From an uncultured Planctomycetia bacterium (GTDB taxonomy: Bacteria; Omnitrophota; Gorgyraeia; S143-82): a stretch of 64,000 bases of DNA. Numbering within the stretch: position 1 is the stretch's first letter; the number at the start of each line of letters is the position of its first letter. Shown piece by piece: positions 1-10,367 of the stretch. Location of the stretch: the NCBI GenBank assembly GCA_964469495.1, contig CAYXYY010000011.1:30845-94844 (forward strand). The letters run 5' to 3'. The notes beneath the pieces are model-generated. The model did no database searches and had not been told where the DNA came from. It worked only from the letters and a program-made list of their open reading frames with translations. The translations under genes and the position numbers were made by a program.

Positions 1-1
1 G

Positions 2-592
2 TGTATTGCAAGAGAACAGACTAATGGATATGGCAGGCGCGGGGATAGGTGGGTATCTGGCGCAGGCGGATTATATTTTTCTGTGTATGTGCCGGATGTA
101 AAGATAGAAGGGTTGTCCATAAGGGTTGCCTGCGCAGTGGCAAAGGCAATAGAGGAGATTTTACAGGACAGAGTCCTGCTCAAGTGGCCAAACGATATAT
201 TTTTTTTAGAAAAGAAACTGGCAGGCATTATTATAGAGATAGTTGATAAAGATGCGATAATCGGCGTTGGGGTAAACGTTAATAATAATGTCAGTGATGT
301 TGGCCAGCCTGCTGTTTCTCTGGCTGAACTTGGAATTGAAATAACACCTGATAGATTGTTTTACAGTATATTAAAGGCCATTGTTGATTTGCCGAACATA
401 AACAAGGCCGTTGATTTCTATAATAGCAGGTTATTTGGAAAGGGGCGTCTCGTGGAGATTACAGGGCATAACGGCGAGCTGATTAAGGGCAGAATAGAAG
501 GCATAACTAGTCCAGGGGCGCTGTTAGTTGGGGGCAGGCAGGTTTTGAGCGGAAGGATTGTTGGCTGGCATGATACGAGTAATACTCTCTGA
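2..592 (+). CDS. birA: Biotin--[acetyl-CoA carboxylase] ligase, 5'-truncated by window edge
   Basis: Frame is open from base 2: CIAREQTNGYGRRGDRWVSGAGGLYFS (biotin-binding loop), then KWPNDI, KKLAGIIIE and IGVGVNV motifs. Confidence 0.9.
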   Translation, partial: CIAREQTNGYGRRGDRWVSGAGGLYFSVYVPDVKIEGLSIRVACAVAKAIEEILQDRVLLKWPNDIFFLEKKLAGIIIEIVDKDAIIGVGVNVNNNVSDVGQPAVSLAELGIEITPDRLFYSILKAIVDLPNINKAVDFYNSRLFGKGRLVEITGHNGELIKGRIEGITSPGALLVGGRQVLSGRIVGWHDTSNTL

Positions 593-1334
593 TTTAGATA
601 AGATAGAAGAGGGACGGATTGTTATTCGTGAAACAAAGGCCTTAAGGCACTTGCGCGTATTGCGCGCAAGACAAGGAGAGGCCTGTGAAGTGTTAAACAC
701 ACAGGGCAAGACGTGGAGCTGTTATATAGAAAAGATAGATGATAAAAATGCGGTTTTGTTGATAAACAGCGTCTTGGAACAACAGAGAAAGGCACCTGAA
801 ATCGTGATCTGCGCATCATTAGTTCCGAGTAAAAAGTTTGATGTAATTGTGGAAAAAACAGCAGAATTTGGTATAGACGGGATCTTGCCACTTGTTGCAG
901 ACAGGTCTATTGTAAGGGCTGTTGACGAAAAGCGTTATAGACGTTGGGATAAGATATGCAAAGAAACCTTAAAGCAGTGCGGGGCGCCTTTTTTGCCAAG
1001 GATATATCCTGCAAAAAGTGTTTCCGATGCAGTGGATTTTTTGATAGATAATGGTTTTGACATATATGTGTTTGCCTTGAAATTTAAAAACAAGATGCAC
1101 GTTATAGACGCATTAAAGGCGTCAAAACCAAGTGAAAAAATGGCCTTTTTTGTTGGCCCGGAAGGCGATTTTACCGATAGCGAGATAGACTATATGTTGA
1201 GGTTTAACGCGCAGGCCGCTTCATTGGGCGATAATGTGTTGAGAGTAGAGACTGCCTGCGCTTACGTGTGCGGTATAGGCGCTTATATTAAGGAGGCAAA
1301 AAGTGGCAAGTTCAACCATACTCATAGCGAGTAA
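570..1334 (+). CDS. rsmE: 16S rRNA m3U1498 methyltransferase
   Basis: HLRVLR, VEKTAEFGI, KQCG, VGPEGDFT and LGDNVLRVETA SPOUT motifs. ATG at 570. Confidence 0.93.
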   Translation: MIRVILSDLDKIEEGRIVIRETKALRHLRVLRARQGEACEVLNTQGKTWSCYIEKIDDKNAVLLINSVLEQQRKAPEIVICASLVPSKKFDVIVEKTAEFGIDGILPLVADRSIVRAVDEKRYRRWDKICKETLKQCGAPFLPRIYPAKSVSDAVDFLIDNGFDIYVFALKFKNKMHVIDALKASKPSEKMAFFVGPEGDFTDSEIDYMLRFNAQAASLGDNVLRVETACAYVCGIGAYIKEAKSGKFNHTHSE

Positions 1335-1896
1335 TAATAAGAAAAAATTAAAGGAGCTGAAAGAAATACTTGGCAGAGAGTTTTCCGTGGTATCTTTAAA
1401 AGAGGCAGGTATTGAGGTTGACGTTGTTGAGGATGCAGGCACGTTTGCCGGCAATGCTATGAAAAAGGCCGTTGAGATAGCTGATTTGTCCGATATGTTG
1501 ACGTTGGCGGACGATTCCGGGTTATGTGTAAATGCACTAGGTGGAAGGCCGGGTGTTTATTCTGCCAGATATGCCGGGGAAGATAAGAATGATTACAAGA
1601 ATAATACGAAGCTGTTGTCGGATCTGGAAGGCATTGATGAGAGGAGCGCTAAATTCGTATCAGTTATATGTATAGCCTCTGCTGAGGGGGCGTTGGGGCT
1701 TTTTAGAGGAGAGGTGGAAGGCGCTATTTCGCATGAGATGAAAGGCGAAAAGGGATTTGGATATGACCCTATATTCGTGCCAAAGGGCTTTGATATTTCG
1801 TTTGCGCAGATGGACAGCCGTCAGAAAAACGCGATTAGCCACAGAAAGAAGGCCATTGAAAAGGCAGCGGATTTTTTGCGTTCCATGATTCAATGA
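1303..1896 (+). CDS. rdgB: Non-canonical purine NTP pyrophosphatase (HAM1/RdgB)
   Basis: ASNNKKKLKE, ADDSGL, PGVYSARYAG, GFGYDPIF and SHR motifs. Confidence 0.96.
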   Translation: MASSTILIASNNKKKLKELKEILGREFSVVSLKEAGIEVDVVEDAGTFAGNAMKKAVEIADLSDMLTLADDSGLCVNALGGRPGVYSARYAGEDKNDYKNNTKLLSDLEGIDERSAKFVSVICIASAEGALGLFRGEVEGAISHEMKGEKGFGYDPIFVPKGFDISFAQMDSRQKNAISHRKKAIEKAADFLRSMIQ

Positions 1897-1947
1897 TAGA
1901 AAAATCGTAAAAAAGGGTATAGAATGGTTTTCAGAAAGGGCGTTTTT

Positions 1948-4740
1948 ATGGGATCTTGTGTGAAAAACGTATTTATACATTCGTTTTGTGTTTTTTTACT
2001 CTTATGTGTTGTTCTGTTTTGCTGTTCGAACGCCTATGCATACGATAGTTTTGATAATCTCAAATACGATATAAAATTTTCTTTTTCTAATACAGGGCAC
2101 TTCATAACGGCAAAAGAAACGATTTCCTTTAATTGTGAAGCGCCTTTGTCTGAGATTCATTTACATTTTTACCCGGCGCATAAATGGTCTGATGAGGAAA
2201 AAGATGCATATGAAAAGTACGGCGGGTATTTTAATATAGATACTCCGTTTCCTGACGGTTTTGACGAAAACAAGGCAGGCGTCAATTTTGTATCTGTAAA
2301 TGGCCGCAGGGCGCAATTTTCCTTAAAAGGCAAGGATCGCACGCTGCTGGTCATTTATCCGGATGCGCCTTTGTCAGGAAGTATTGTGCTGGATATAGAT
2401 TTTGAATTTTATGTGCCCAAGCGAATAGGCCGATTTGGAAGAAACAACGGTGTCTATAGTATTTACAGGGCATATCCGATTTTAGACGTAATGAAAGACG
2501 GAAAGTGGCTTGATTATCCCGATTACTTATTGTATCAGCCTTATGTAAGCCAATCGGCATTGTACGACGTGGCGATTGAGCTCCCAGAGTCCTTTGTGCT
2601 GGCGGCTAGCGGACAGGCCGTTGCATCTGAAAAAAGGCGCGGCAGTGTTTTATACAAGATATCTTCCGATAAACCCTTAAGGGATTTTTCTTTCTTTTTC
2701 AGCAAAAAATACCGTGTCTATACCAAGAACGTTGATGGTATAGATATTAAGGTCTATTATCTGCCTTCTGCCCCTTTTGATGCCGTGATGAATATATCAA
2801 AGTTTATAGAGGATGAGCTGATGTTTTATAAGGGGTATGGGTTTGAGTATCCGTATGGGCAAATATCCGTTGTGCCTGTTTATTTAGGTTATGGAGGCAA
2901 TGAGACCTCAAACGTCGTTATGCTTGACCGCAGGGTCCTTTTTATACCGAATGTTGCCAAGAGATATCAGGAGTTTTTGGCAGTGCATGAATTTGGCCAT
3001 CAGTTTTGGTTTAATCAGGTGGGTTCCGACGAATATGCAGAGCCGTTTGTTGATGAGGCCGTAAACTCCTATTTTGTGCAAAAATATCTTGAAGAGAAGT
3101 ATGGACACAACTGCAATGTCCTGACTTGGCCATGGCCATTGGATTTGTTTATGCCGAATTTTACCTTTCTCAACGGGACAACAGTAAGGTATAGATATCT
3201 TGCAAGGCGGGGAATAGATCTTCCTGTTTTGATGCAGGCCAATAAGATGAATGAACCCGATATGATTTTTGCGTTTGCATATGGAAAAGGTGAGGCCTTA
3301 TTCGAGACGATGGAACACAGCATAGGCAAAAAGGCGACGATGTCTATCTTTAAAGACTACTTTAAAAGATATAGATTTGCAATAGCAGATGTTAACGCAT
3401 TAGAAGATGTTTTCTCCCGGCATTTGGATAACATGAAACTTGATGCCAGTGATAGATTTGCCTCAGTGTTGAGGGATAAAGGAATTGATTTTTATGCCAA
3501 GAAGACAAGAAACGGATTTCGAATATTGGAAAGATCAGAGACACTTGAACGGGTAAAGGTGCGATATCGTTTAAACAGGCAGTGGCTTATGACAGATGTG
3601 AAAAGCGGAGATGTCTTGCATGCCGATAAGATTGTTATAGACCCGGATGATGAAGTCTTAGAAACGGACGAGGCAAACAATGTGTATCCTGTTTATGATA
3701 ATGTCGATTTTAAGCTAAAACCGTTGAACCTGCCTTTTTATTCAATGGATATCTTTAATACACAAAAGAGATTGACTGCTGACGTGGGATTTAATCTTTC
3801 AGAATTTGGCCCCGGGGTGCGGTTTAATTTGCACTATCCTTTTGTATATGATCTTGCATTAGGAGGGTATATAGATACTGCGCAGGATGAGAGGTCTATA
3901 ACCTCATCTTTTAGATTGCACGGGATTGACGAGACTTTGTGGGAAATGGCCTTGGAATATGCCTATAGGGATGATTATTCAGAGTATGACGAAAACAGTG
4001 AGGAGATAAGATTGTCTTTTTCTCTGCCTTTGCAGGCTCCCAGTTTTAGGCTCGGAAAAACAGACGATTTCTTTGAGTTATATATGGCGAAAAACAGAGA
4101 ATGGTTTTCCCAGATAGATGGTATGTTCGATAAGGTGGTTTCAAGTGTTTATTACGATGTCCAAGATCTGTTCTATGTTGGGTTTGGTATCCAGCGGTCT
4201 GTGGCAGAGGACTTTCTTATAAGGGCGTACTATGAATCAGGATTTGATAAACTAGGGGCGGATTTTTCATTCAATAGACTGTATTGCGAATCCATATACG
4301 GGTTTAAGTATAGGGATCTTGATTTCTCTGCGCGCGTTGGTTTGGGCCTATCTGATGCGGATAACAAACCCATGTTTTTTGCGGGAGGCAGCAATGGATT
4401 GCGGGCATATCGCAGAAAGGCAATAAGGGGAGGGAATCTGGCCTTGTTTTCAGTGCAGGCCTTCAAAAATATTTATGAAGCGGATGATAGTCTTGCGAGG
4501 CAAAACGGATATGTATCTGTTTCACACATAAAAACAGGCGTGTTTTTTGACGTTGGCAAGGTGTGGCAGGATTCCATGTCAGAAAACAGGTGGAAGAAGG
4601 ATATTGGTATCGGATTTAGGGTAGGCCTTAATTTCGGCGCATTGGCATCAAGCGCGGATTTGCGTCTGGATTTTGCCAATTCCATTGGTGAAGATGACGA
4701 TGAGTCCCGTATTGTCATTGGTTTTGGAAGCCGTTTTTAG
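1948..4740 (+). CDS. Secreted M1-family zinc aminopeptidase fused to a C-terminal Omp85/BamA-like beta-barrel
   Basis: Signal peptide (…NAYA|YD); HEFGH-x18-E zinc motif (HEFGHQFWFNQVGSDEYAEPFVDEA); YGKG. C-terminus has GGSNGLRAY, FFDVGKVW, GIGFR, LRLDFA and a terminal Phe. Confidence 0.75.
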   Translation: MGSCVKNVFIHSFCVFLLLCVVLFCCSNAYAYDSFDNLKYDIKFSFSNTGHFITAKETISFNCEAPLSEIHLHFYPAHKWSDEEKDAYEKYGGYFNIDTPFPDGFDENKAGVNFVSVNGRRAQFSLKGKDRTLLVIYPDAPLSGSIVLDIDFEFYVPKRIGRFGRNNGVYSIYRAYPILDVMKDGKWLDYPDYLLYQPYVSQSALYDVAIELPESFVLAASGQAVASEKRRGSVLYKISSDKPLRDFSFFFSKKYRVYTKNVDGIDIKVYYLPSAPFDAVMNISKFIEDELMFYKGYGFEYPYGQISVVPVYLGYGGNETSNVVMLDRRVLFIPNVAKRYQEFLAVHEFGHQFWFNQVGSDEYAEPFVDEAVNSYFVQKYLEEKYGHNCNVLTWPWPLDLFMPNFTFLNGTTVRYRYLARRGIDLPVLMQANKMNEPDMIFAFAYGKGEALFETMEHSIGKKATMSIFKDYFKRYRFAIADVNALEDVFSRHLDNMKLDASDRFASVLRDKGIDFYAKKTRNGFRILERSETLERVKVRYRLNRQWLMTDVKSGDVLHADKIVIDPDDEVLETDEANNVYPVYDNVDFKLKPLNLPFYSMDIFNTQKRLTADVGFNLSEFGPGVRFNLHYPFVYDLALGGYIDTAQDERSITSSFRLHGIDETLWEMALEYAYRDDYSEYDENSEEIRLSFSLPLQAPSFRLGKTDDFFELYMAKNREWFSQIDGMFDKVVSSVYYDVQDLFYVGFGIQRSVAEDFLIRAYYESGFDKLGADFSFNRLYCESIYGFKYRDLDFSARVGLGLSDADNKPMFFAGGSNGLRAYRRKAIRGGNLALFSVQAFKNIYEADDSLARQNGYVSVSHIKTGVFFDVGKVWQDSMSENRWKKDIGIGFRVGLNFGALASSADLRLDFANSIGEDDDESRIVIGFGSRF

Positions 4741-4745
4741 ATCAG

Positions 4746-5480
4746 ATGAATGTATGTATTGGAACAAGCGGGTATGCTTATAAGGATTGGCTCGGTGTAT
4801 TCTATCCTGATTTTCTAAAGCCGCGCGAGTTTTTTGATTATTATTGTCAAAAGTTTACTGCAATAGAGATAAATTATACGTTTTACAGGGCCCCTTCTGA
4901 TAAATTAATTCGTTTTTTGGACCTGCACAGCCCTGAAAATTTTTGTTTTTCGTTTAAGGGGCCGCGGTATATAACCCACATCAAAAGGCTTAAGGTCGAT
5001 ACTGACTCTATAAATCGGTTTTTAGACCCTGTTTTAAAATTGGACAGAAAAATTAAGTGCATTTTGTGGCAATTGCCGCCATCTTTCAAAAAGGACTTAA
5101 GCGTTTTAAGGTCGTTTTTGGAGTTAATGTCCGGAAATTTAACAAATAGTGATATCTATAATGTCTTTGAATTTAGAAATGAAATGTGGTTTGACGATGA
5201 GGTTTATAAGATGCTGCAGGAATATAACTCTATATTGTGCTGGTATGACGGGCCTGCGGGGAAAATGCCAAAGGCGCCAATTGTTTCTCTGTGCCCTGTT
5301 GTATATGTGAGATTCCATGGATTAAAAGAGATTTATAAGGGGCGTTATCCTAAAGCTATTTTGCGTAAGTGGAAACAGGCCGTAATGGATTCTAATCCGA
5401 GAACGTGTTTTGCCTTTTTTAATAATGATTATCACGGAGACGGCGCTCTGGATGCCCTTGCATTTAAGGAGATGTTTTGA
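4746..5480 (+). CDS. DUF72 family protein (YecE-like)
   Basis: IGTSGYAYKDW, EINYTFYR, LWQLPPSF, EFRN, YVRFHG and FFNND motifs. Confidence 0.92.
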   Translation: MNVCIGTSGYAYKDWLGVFYPDFLKPREFFDYYCQKFTAIEINYTFYRAPSDKLIRFLDLHSPENFCFSFKGPRYITHIKRLKVDTDSINRFLDPVLKLDRKIKCILWQLPPSFKKDLSVLRSFLELMSGNLTNSDIYNVFEFRNEMWFDDEVYKMLQEYNSILCWYDGPAGKMPKAPIVSLCPVVYVRFHGLKEIYKGRYPKAILRKWKQAVMDSNPRTCFAFFNNDYHGDGALDALAFKEMF

Positions 5481-6133
5481 ATTATACAGTTATATATTCA
5501 AAACGAAGGACAATAGGCATGGAAATCAAGGACAATGGGGACTTGGTGATTAGGGCCCCATATAAGACTAAAAAAGGATATATTGAAGAGCTTGTTTTAA
5601 GGAACAGACTTTGGATAGAGAAAAAGAGAAAAGAGGTATTAAACAGGATTAGGTCCCGCCCGCCATTTTGTCAAAGAGAGGCATTGCCCTTTTTGGGAAG
5701 AGACTATCCTCTGGTGTTTAACTCAATGTCCAAAGGGGTGTATCTGTCCAATGATAAGGGTTTTATTCTGCCGAAAATAAGATGTGATGAACTGTATGAC
5801 TGCGTGAAGAAATGGTATATAGAACAGGCGAGAGAGCTTTTTTATTTCAGATGCAGATATTACATGATAAAATTTAACGCTAGATTCTTTTTCCGAATTA
5901 GCAATGCAAAAACATTGTGGGGTTCGTGCTCTTCAAAAAGCGTAATTAGTCTGGTGTGGAGATTAGTGATGGCCCCGCTTGATGTTATAGATTATGTTAT
6001 AGCGCATGAGATAGCCCATCTGAGATATAAAAGTCATTCCAAGTTATTTTGGAAGAGACTCGAGTCTATTTATCCCAATTACAGGGAAATGGACAGGTGG
6101 TTAAGAGATAAAGGTGGAGGGCTTTATTTATAA
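5477..6133 (+). CDS. YgjP-like (DUF45) metal-dependent hydrolase
   Basis: SKRRTI, WGSCSS and DYVIAHEIAHL…HSKLFW (HEXXH). Confidence 0.9.
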   Translation: MNYTVIYSKRRTIGMEIKDNGDLVIRAPYKTKKGYIEELVLRNRLWIEKKRKEVLNRIRSRPPFCQREALPFLGRDYPLVFNSMSKGVYLSNDKGFILPKIRCDELYDCVKKWYIEQARELFYFRCRYYMIKFNARFFFRISNAKTLWGSCSSKSVISLVWRLVMAPLDVIDYVIAHEIAHLRYKSHSKLFWKRLESIYPNYREMDRWLRDKGGGLYL

Positions 6134-6336
6134 TTATAAAGGATGGCCGATGCGTTTATTTCGCGTTCTCTCTATCCATGGATAATTAGCCTTGCCAAAT
6201 ATATTTTGTTGTACGTGAATTTGTTCTCATGCAGTACGGTGGCTCATCTGGCGGCGGAGGACGGCAATTAATCAATTTATTTGACTATATTCATCAAAAA
6301 AGTTAACAAAAATAATTAACTTTTTGAATTTTTTGC

Positions 6337-6364
6337 TTGACAGGCAGGTGTTTTTGAGTAAAAT
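6337..6364 (+). promoter_or_regulatory. Sigma70-type promoter of the heat-shock operon
   Basis: TTGACA (6337-6342), 16 nt, TAAAAT (6359-6364), immediately upstream of a CIRCE-like site. Confidence 0.75.
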
Positions 6365-6365
6365 A

Positions 6366-6392
6366 TTAGCAGAAAGAGTTTGAGAGTGCTAT
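6366..6392 (+). promoter_or_regulatory. CIRCE-like element (HrcA operator)
   Basis: TTAGCAGAA-N9-GAGTGCTAT versus consensus TTAGCACTC-N9-GAGTGCTAA. hrcA lies in the downstream operon. Confidence 0.8.
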
Positions 6393-6408
6393 TTTGAGGT
6401 GAGGTGAT

Positions 6409-6699
6409 ATGCGAAGAAAGCGATATCCTGTGTTGGAGCAGATAGATCCCGACGCACCGGTGTATGTGATTAGTGTGGTTAGCAGTATGGTTGGTCTGCC
6501 CCAGTGGACGTTAAGGGCATTGGATAGAGAAGGGATTGTATGCGCAAAGAGGAGCAATGGTTCTAATGGCAGGAGGGTGTATTGTTTTAAAGATATAAAG
6601 AAACTGGAATACGTGCGTTACCTTATGCAGGAAAGAGGGGTTAACCTTGAAGGCATAAAGGTAATTTTAGAGATAAAGGAGGATGATAGCAATGCTTAA
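6409..6699 (+). CDS. MerR-family HspR-like heat-shock regulator
   Basis: [20 protein letters not shown]…GRRVY…[11 protein letters not shown], directly upstream of clpB. Confidence 0.85.
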   Translation: MRRKRYPVLEQIDPDAPVYVISVVSSMVGLPQWTLRALDREGIVCAKRSNGSNGRRVYCFKDIKKLEYVRYLMQERGVNLEGIKVILEIKEDDSNA

Positions 6700-9289
6700 T
6701 ATGGATAAATTTACTATAAAGGCCCAAGAGGCTATTCAATCTGCTTTGCAGCAGGCCCAATCCAAAGGCCATCAGGAATTGGGTGTGGAGCATCTTGCTC
6801 TTGCCCTGCTTACTCAGGAAGAGGGGATCGTGCCTGCTGTGCTTTCTAAGATGGGGATTTCTGTGAAACCTGTTGTTGCTGATGTTGATGCCCTGCTTGA
6901 GAAAAGGCCGCAGGTTCAAGGTACCGGCGGCAATGTTTATATGTCCGGTGAACTTAATACCGTGCTTGCGGATTGTGAAAAACAAGCGGCTCAATTAAAG
7001 GATTCTTATATAAGCACAGAACATTTGTTTTTGTCTTTGCTTAATTTGCCTGTTTCAAGCGGGCTTGTAAATGCATTTGCAAAGTATGGACTAAACAAAG
7101 ATGCCTTTTTAAAGGCATTGATGGATTTGCGTGGCGGGCAGAACGTATCCGACCAGAATCCTGAAGATAAGTTTGATGCTTTATCAAAATATGGCAGGGA
7201 CCTGACTGCATTGGCAAGGGCAGGCAAATTGGATCCTGTTATAGGCCGTGATGAGGAGATAAGGCGTGTGATACAGGTCTTATCCAGAAGGACAAAGAAT
7301 AATCCGGTATTGATAGGAGAACCCGGTGTTGGTAAGACGGCAATTGTGGAAGGTATTGCCCGCAGGATTGTTTCAGGAGATGTGCCAGAGGGGCTTAAAA
7401 ATAAGCGGTTAATCGCACTTGATATAGGTTCATTATTGGCTGGCGCAAAATACAGAGGTGAATTCGAGGACAGATTAAAGGCGGTATTAAAGGAGATAGA
7501 ATCCAAGGAAGGCCAAATTATACTTTTTATTGATGAAATACATACCCTTGTTGGCGCAGGGAAGGCCGATGGCGCTATAGATGCCGCCAATATGTTGAAG
7601 CCGGCTTTAGCAAGAGGAACTTTGCGTTGTATAGGCGCTACTACTTTGGATGAATATAGAAAGTATATAGAAAAGGATGCCGCTCTTGAAAGGCGGTTTC
7701 AACAGGTACTGGTAAAGGAGCCTTCAGTTGAAGATACTATTGCGATCTTAAGGGGATTGAAAGAAAGATATGAGGTGCATCACGGAGTTCGGATAAAGGA
7801 TTCTGCTTTGATTGCCGCGGCTGTGCTTTCTCATAGGTATATATCCGGCAGGTTTTTGCCTGATAAGGCAATAGATTTGATTGATGAGGCGGCTTCTAAA
7901 CTGCGTATAGAAATAGACAGCCGTCCTCAAGAGATTGATGAGCTGGAACGCAGGATCTTGCAGCTTGAAATAGAAAAACAGGCCTTGAAAAAGGAAACGG
8001 ATGCGGCATCAAAGGAGCGTTTGCAGAATATAGAAAAGGAATTGGCCCAGTTGAAAGAGCGTTCCGCCCAGTTGACTGCAAAATGGCAGGCGGAAAAGGC
8101 CATTATTATGGAAATTCGAAAGATAAAGGAAGAAATAGACGTCTTGCGCAATGAAGAGGCCTTGGCGCAAAGACGCGGGGAGCTTGAAAAGGCCGCTGAG
8201 ATTAGGTATGGGAAGATCCCTGCTCTTGAAGAGAAAATGCAACAGCAAAACAAGAGATTAGAGGAGATGAAAGAGAGTGGAAAACTCCTGCTCAAAGAAG
8301 AGGTTGATGATGAGGACATAGCTGCTATTGTTGCAAAGTGGACGGGCATTCCTGTTTCCCGTTTGATGGAAGGAGAAGCAGAGAAATTGGTGCATATGGA
8401 AGACCGCCTTAAACAGCGCATTATAGGCCAAGACGAGGCCGTTGCCCTTATATCATCTGCTATTAGGCGGGCGCGTGCCGGCATATCTGATCCAAACAGG
8501 CCGATAGGCTCTTTCTTGTTTATAGGTCCGACAGGTGTTGGAAAGACGGAGCTTGCCCGGTCTTTGGCAGACTTTTTGTTTAACGACGAGAAAGATATGA
8601 TAAGGATAGATATGTCAGAGTATATGGAAAAACATAGCGTCTCGCGGCTTATAGGAGCGCCTCCCGGTTATGTTGGATACGACGAGGGCGGCCAGCTTAC
8701 AGAACAGGTTCGCAGAAGGCCGTATTCTGTTGTATTGTTTGATGAAATTGAAAAGGCGCATCCTGACGTGTTTAATGTGCTTTTGCAGATAATGGATGAA
8801 GGCCGTTTGACAGATGGACAAGGCCATATAGTCAATTTCAAAAACACGGTTATCATTATGACGTCTAATATAGGCAGTGAGTATTTTAATGAAGATATGC
8901 CTTTGGATAAGGTGAAAGAGAATATACATCGGCAATTACGGTCTCGTTTTAAGCCTGAGTTCTTAAACAGAATAGACGAGATAGTGATATTTAATAAACT
9001 TTCGACGGAAGATATCGTTAAGATAGCCGAAATCCAGTTTGCTTATCTGCAAAAGAGGTTGTCTGATAGGAAGATAACTTTGGTAATAGACGAGGACGTT
9101 AAACGGTATATTGCCGAAGTTGGATATGATGTTAATTATGGGGCAAGGCCGCTGAAACGCGCAGTGCAGAGATTGTTGTCCGACAAACTGGCTTTGCTCA
9201 TTTTAGAGGGAAAGATAAAAGGAGGAGATCTCGTAAAGGCGACGCTTGGCCCTGACAAGGAAATAGAGTTTAGCGTTGAAAAACAATAA
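6692..9289 (+). CDS. clpB: ATP-dependent disaggregase ClpB
   Basis: Two AAA+ modules ([16 protein letters not shown]) with a long coiled-coil middle domain. SD AAGGAGG precedes ATG 6692. Confidence 0.97.
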   Translation: MLNMDKFTIKAQEAIQSALQQAQSKGHQELGVEHLALALLTQEEGIVPAVLSKMGISVKPVVADVDALLEKRPQVQGTGGNVYMSGELNTVLADCEKQAAQLKDSYISTEHLFLSLLNLPVSSGLVNAFAKYGLNKDAFLKALMDLRGGQNVSDQNPEDKFDALSKYGRDLTALARAGKLDPVIGRDEEIRRVIQVLSRRTKNNPVLIGEPGVGKTAIVEGIARRIVSGDVPEGLKNKRLIALDIGSLLAGAKYRGEFEDRLKAVLKEIESKEGQIILFIDEIHTLVGAGKADGAIDAANMLKPALARGTLRCIGATTLDEYRKYIEKDAALERRFQQVLVKEPSVEDTIAILRGLKERYEVHHGVRIKDSALIAAAVLSHRYISGRFLPDKAIDLIDEAASKLRIEIDSRPQEIDELERRILQLEIEKQALKKETDAASKERLQNIEKELAQLKERSAQLTAKWQAEKAIIMEIRKIKEEIDVLRNEEALAQRRGELEKAAEIRYGKIPALEEKMQQQNKRLEEMKESGKLLLKEEVDDEDIAAIVAKWTGIPVSRLMEGEAEKLVHMEDRLKQRIIGQDEAVALISSAIRRARAGISDPNRPIGSFLFIGPTGVGKTELARSLADFLFNDEKDMIRIDMSEYMEKHSVSRLIGAPPGYVGYDEGGQLTEQVRRRPYSVVLFDEIEKAHPDVFNVLLQIMDEGRLTDGQGHIVNFKNTVIIMTSNIGSEYFNEDMPLDKVKENIHRQLRSRFKPEFLNRIDEIVIFNKLSTEDIVKIAEIQFAYLQKRLSDRKITLVIDEDVKRYIAEVGYDVNYGARPLKRAVQRLLSDKLALLILEGKIKGGDLVKATLGPDKEIEFSVEKQ

Positions 9290-9299
9290 GGAGGCGAAT

Positions 9300-9632
9300 A
9301 TGTTTCAAATGGCGTTTCATTTTAAGGACATAGAATCTGATTGGGAAAACAGGCTCAAGGATATATTTGAAAAGGAAAGAGATGTTGTTATAAAGAAACA
9401 CCTTGGCCGTTTGGCGGATAAAAAGGTTTATTTTCATATAACAGTTGAGAAAAATCCGCATAAAAACGAATATATCGTTGGTATTGCCTTGTATCTGCCT
9501 TCTAAGAGTTTGTATGCCAGACGCAAGAGTAAGGCTGCGGATGTTGCGATGAATGCCGCAATAAATAGCCTTGTCAGGCAAGTGGATAAATACAGAGATA
9601 AGTTTATCCACAAGAAGGGAGCAAGGAGGTAA
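9300..9632 (+). CDS. HPF/RaiA-like ribosome-associated protein
   Basis: About 110 aa ending …LYLPSKSLYARRKSKAADVAMNAAINSLVRQVDKYRDK, matching the HPF C-terminal helix pattern. SD AAGGAGG. Confidence 0.6.
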   Translation: MFQMAFHFKDIESDWENRLKDIFEKERDVVIKKHLGRLADKKVYFHITVEKNPHKNEYIVGIALYLPSKSLYARRKSKAADVAMNAAINSLVRQVDKYRDKFIHKKGARR

Positions 9633-9635
9633 TAG

Positions 9636-10367
9636 ATGAGTCCTAGGGAAGCAAAGGTTAAAAAAGACGAGGTTTTGGCAATGATTGTCGAGGCCTATTT
9701 TGAAACAGGTGCGCCTGTTTCCTCGATGGCTTTGGTGGAACGGGGCATGAAATGTTCCTCTGCGACTATAAGGAATATTATGGCTGAATTTATTGACGAA
9801 GGATTTCTGGCTCAGCCACATACGTCTGCTGGGCGGATTCCTACTGCCAAGGCTTATAGGTATTATTTGGATTTTCTTATGGAAAGGGCGCATGAGGATT
9901 TGGAATCTGATCTGCCGAACTTTGCTTCCCGGACGGCCTCATTAGATGGATTGATTAAACATATTGCCGATTCAGTTTCAGAGTTGATGCATCAAACCGG
10001 GATGAGCGCATTTTGGGGGCATAGAGACGTGTATCTGCATGGAAGAAACTATCTGATTGATTATTCGGAACTTCAGGATATAGACAAGCTCAGAGAGATA
10101 TTTACTTTTTTGGAGGATGAGCAATCCGTACACGAGATTTTATGGCGGGATATAAAAGACCGCGTAAATGTTTTCGTGGGCAATGAGATTGGAAGGCCGG
10201 AAGTTTCAGAGTGTTCCTTGATTATCTCTGCCTGTGACGTTGGCGATGGCAAGGAAATAAGGATAGGCATTATAGGGCCTATGAGAATGGATTATGGCCG
10301 CAACCTGAGTCTTCTGGAAAGGTTATCTGAGGAGGTGGAGGGTATATGCAAAAGAATAGCCCTATGA
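9636..10367 (+). CDS. hrcA: Heat-inducible transcription repressor HrcA (short form)
   Basis: SSATIRNIMA, QPHTSAGRIPT and IGIIGPMRMDY motifs; lies before grpE. Confidence 0.95.
   Translation: MSPREAKVKKDEVLAMIVEAYFETGAPVSSMALVERGMKCSSATIRNIMAEFIDEGFLAQPHTSAGRIPTAKAYRYYLDFLMERAHEDLESDLPNFASRTASLDGLIKHIADSVSELMHQTGMSAFWGHRDVYLHGRNYLIDYSELQDIDKLREIFTFLEDEQSVHEILWRDIKDRVNVFVGNEIGRPEVSECSLIISACDVGDGKEIRIGIIGPMRMDYGRNLSLLERLSEEVEGICKRIAL

Noticed and set aside
6143-6271. 42-codon ORF (MADAFISRS…) upstream of the heat-shock promoter
   Set aside because: No well-spaced SD and no recognisable motif.
6280-6372. Possible HAIR (HspR) operator
   Set aside because: TTGAGT at 6354 has no matching right arm, and TTGA…TCAA at 6281-6297 has the wrong spacing.
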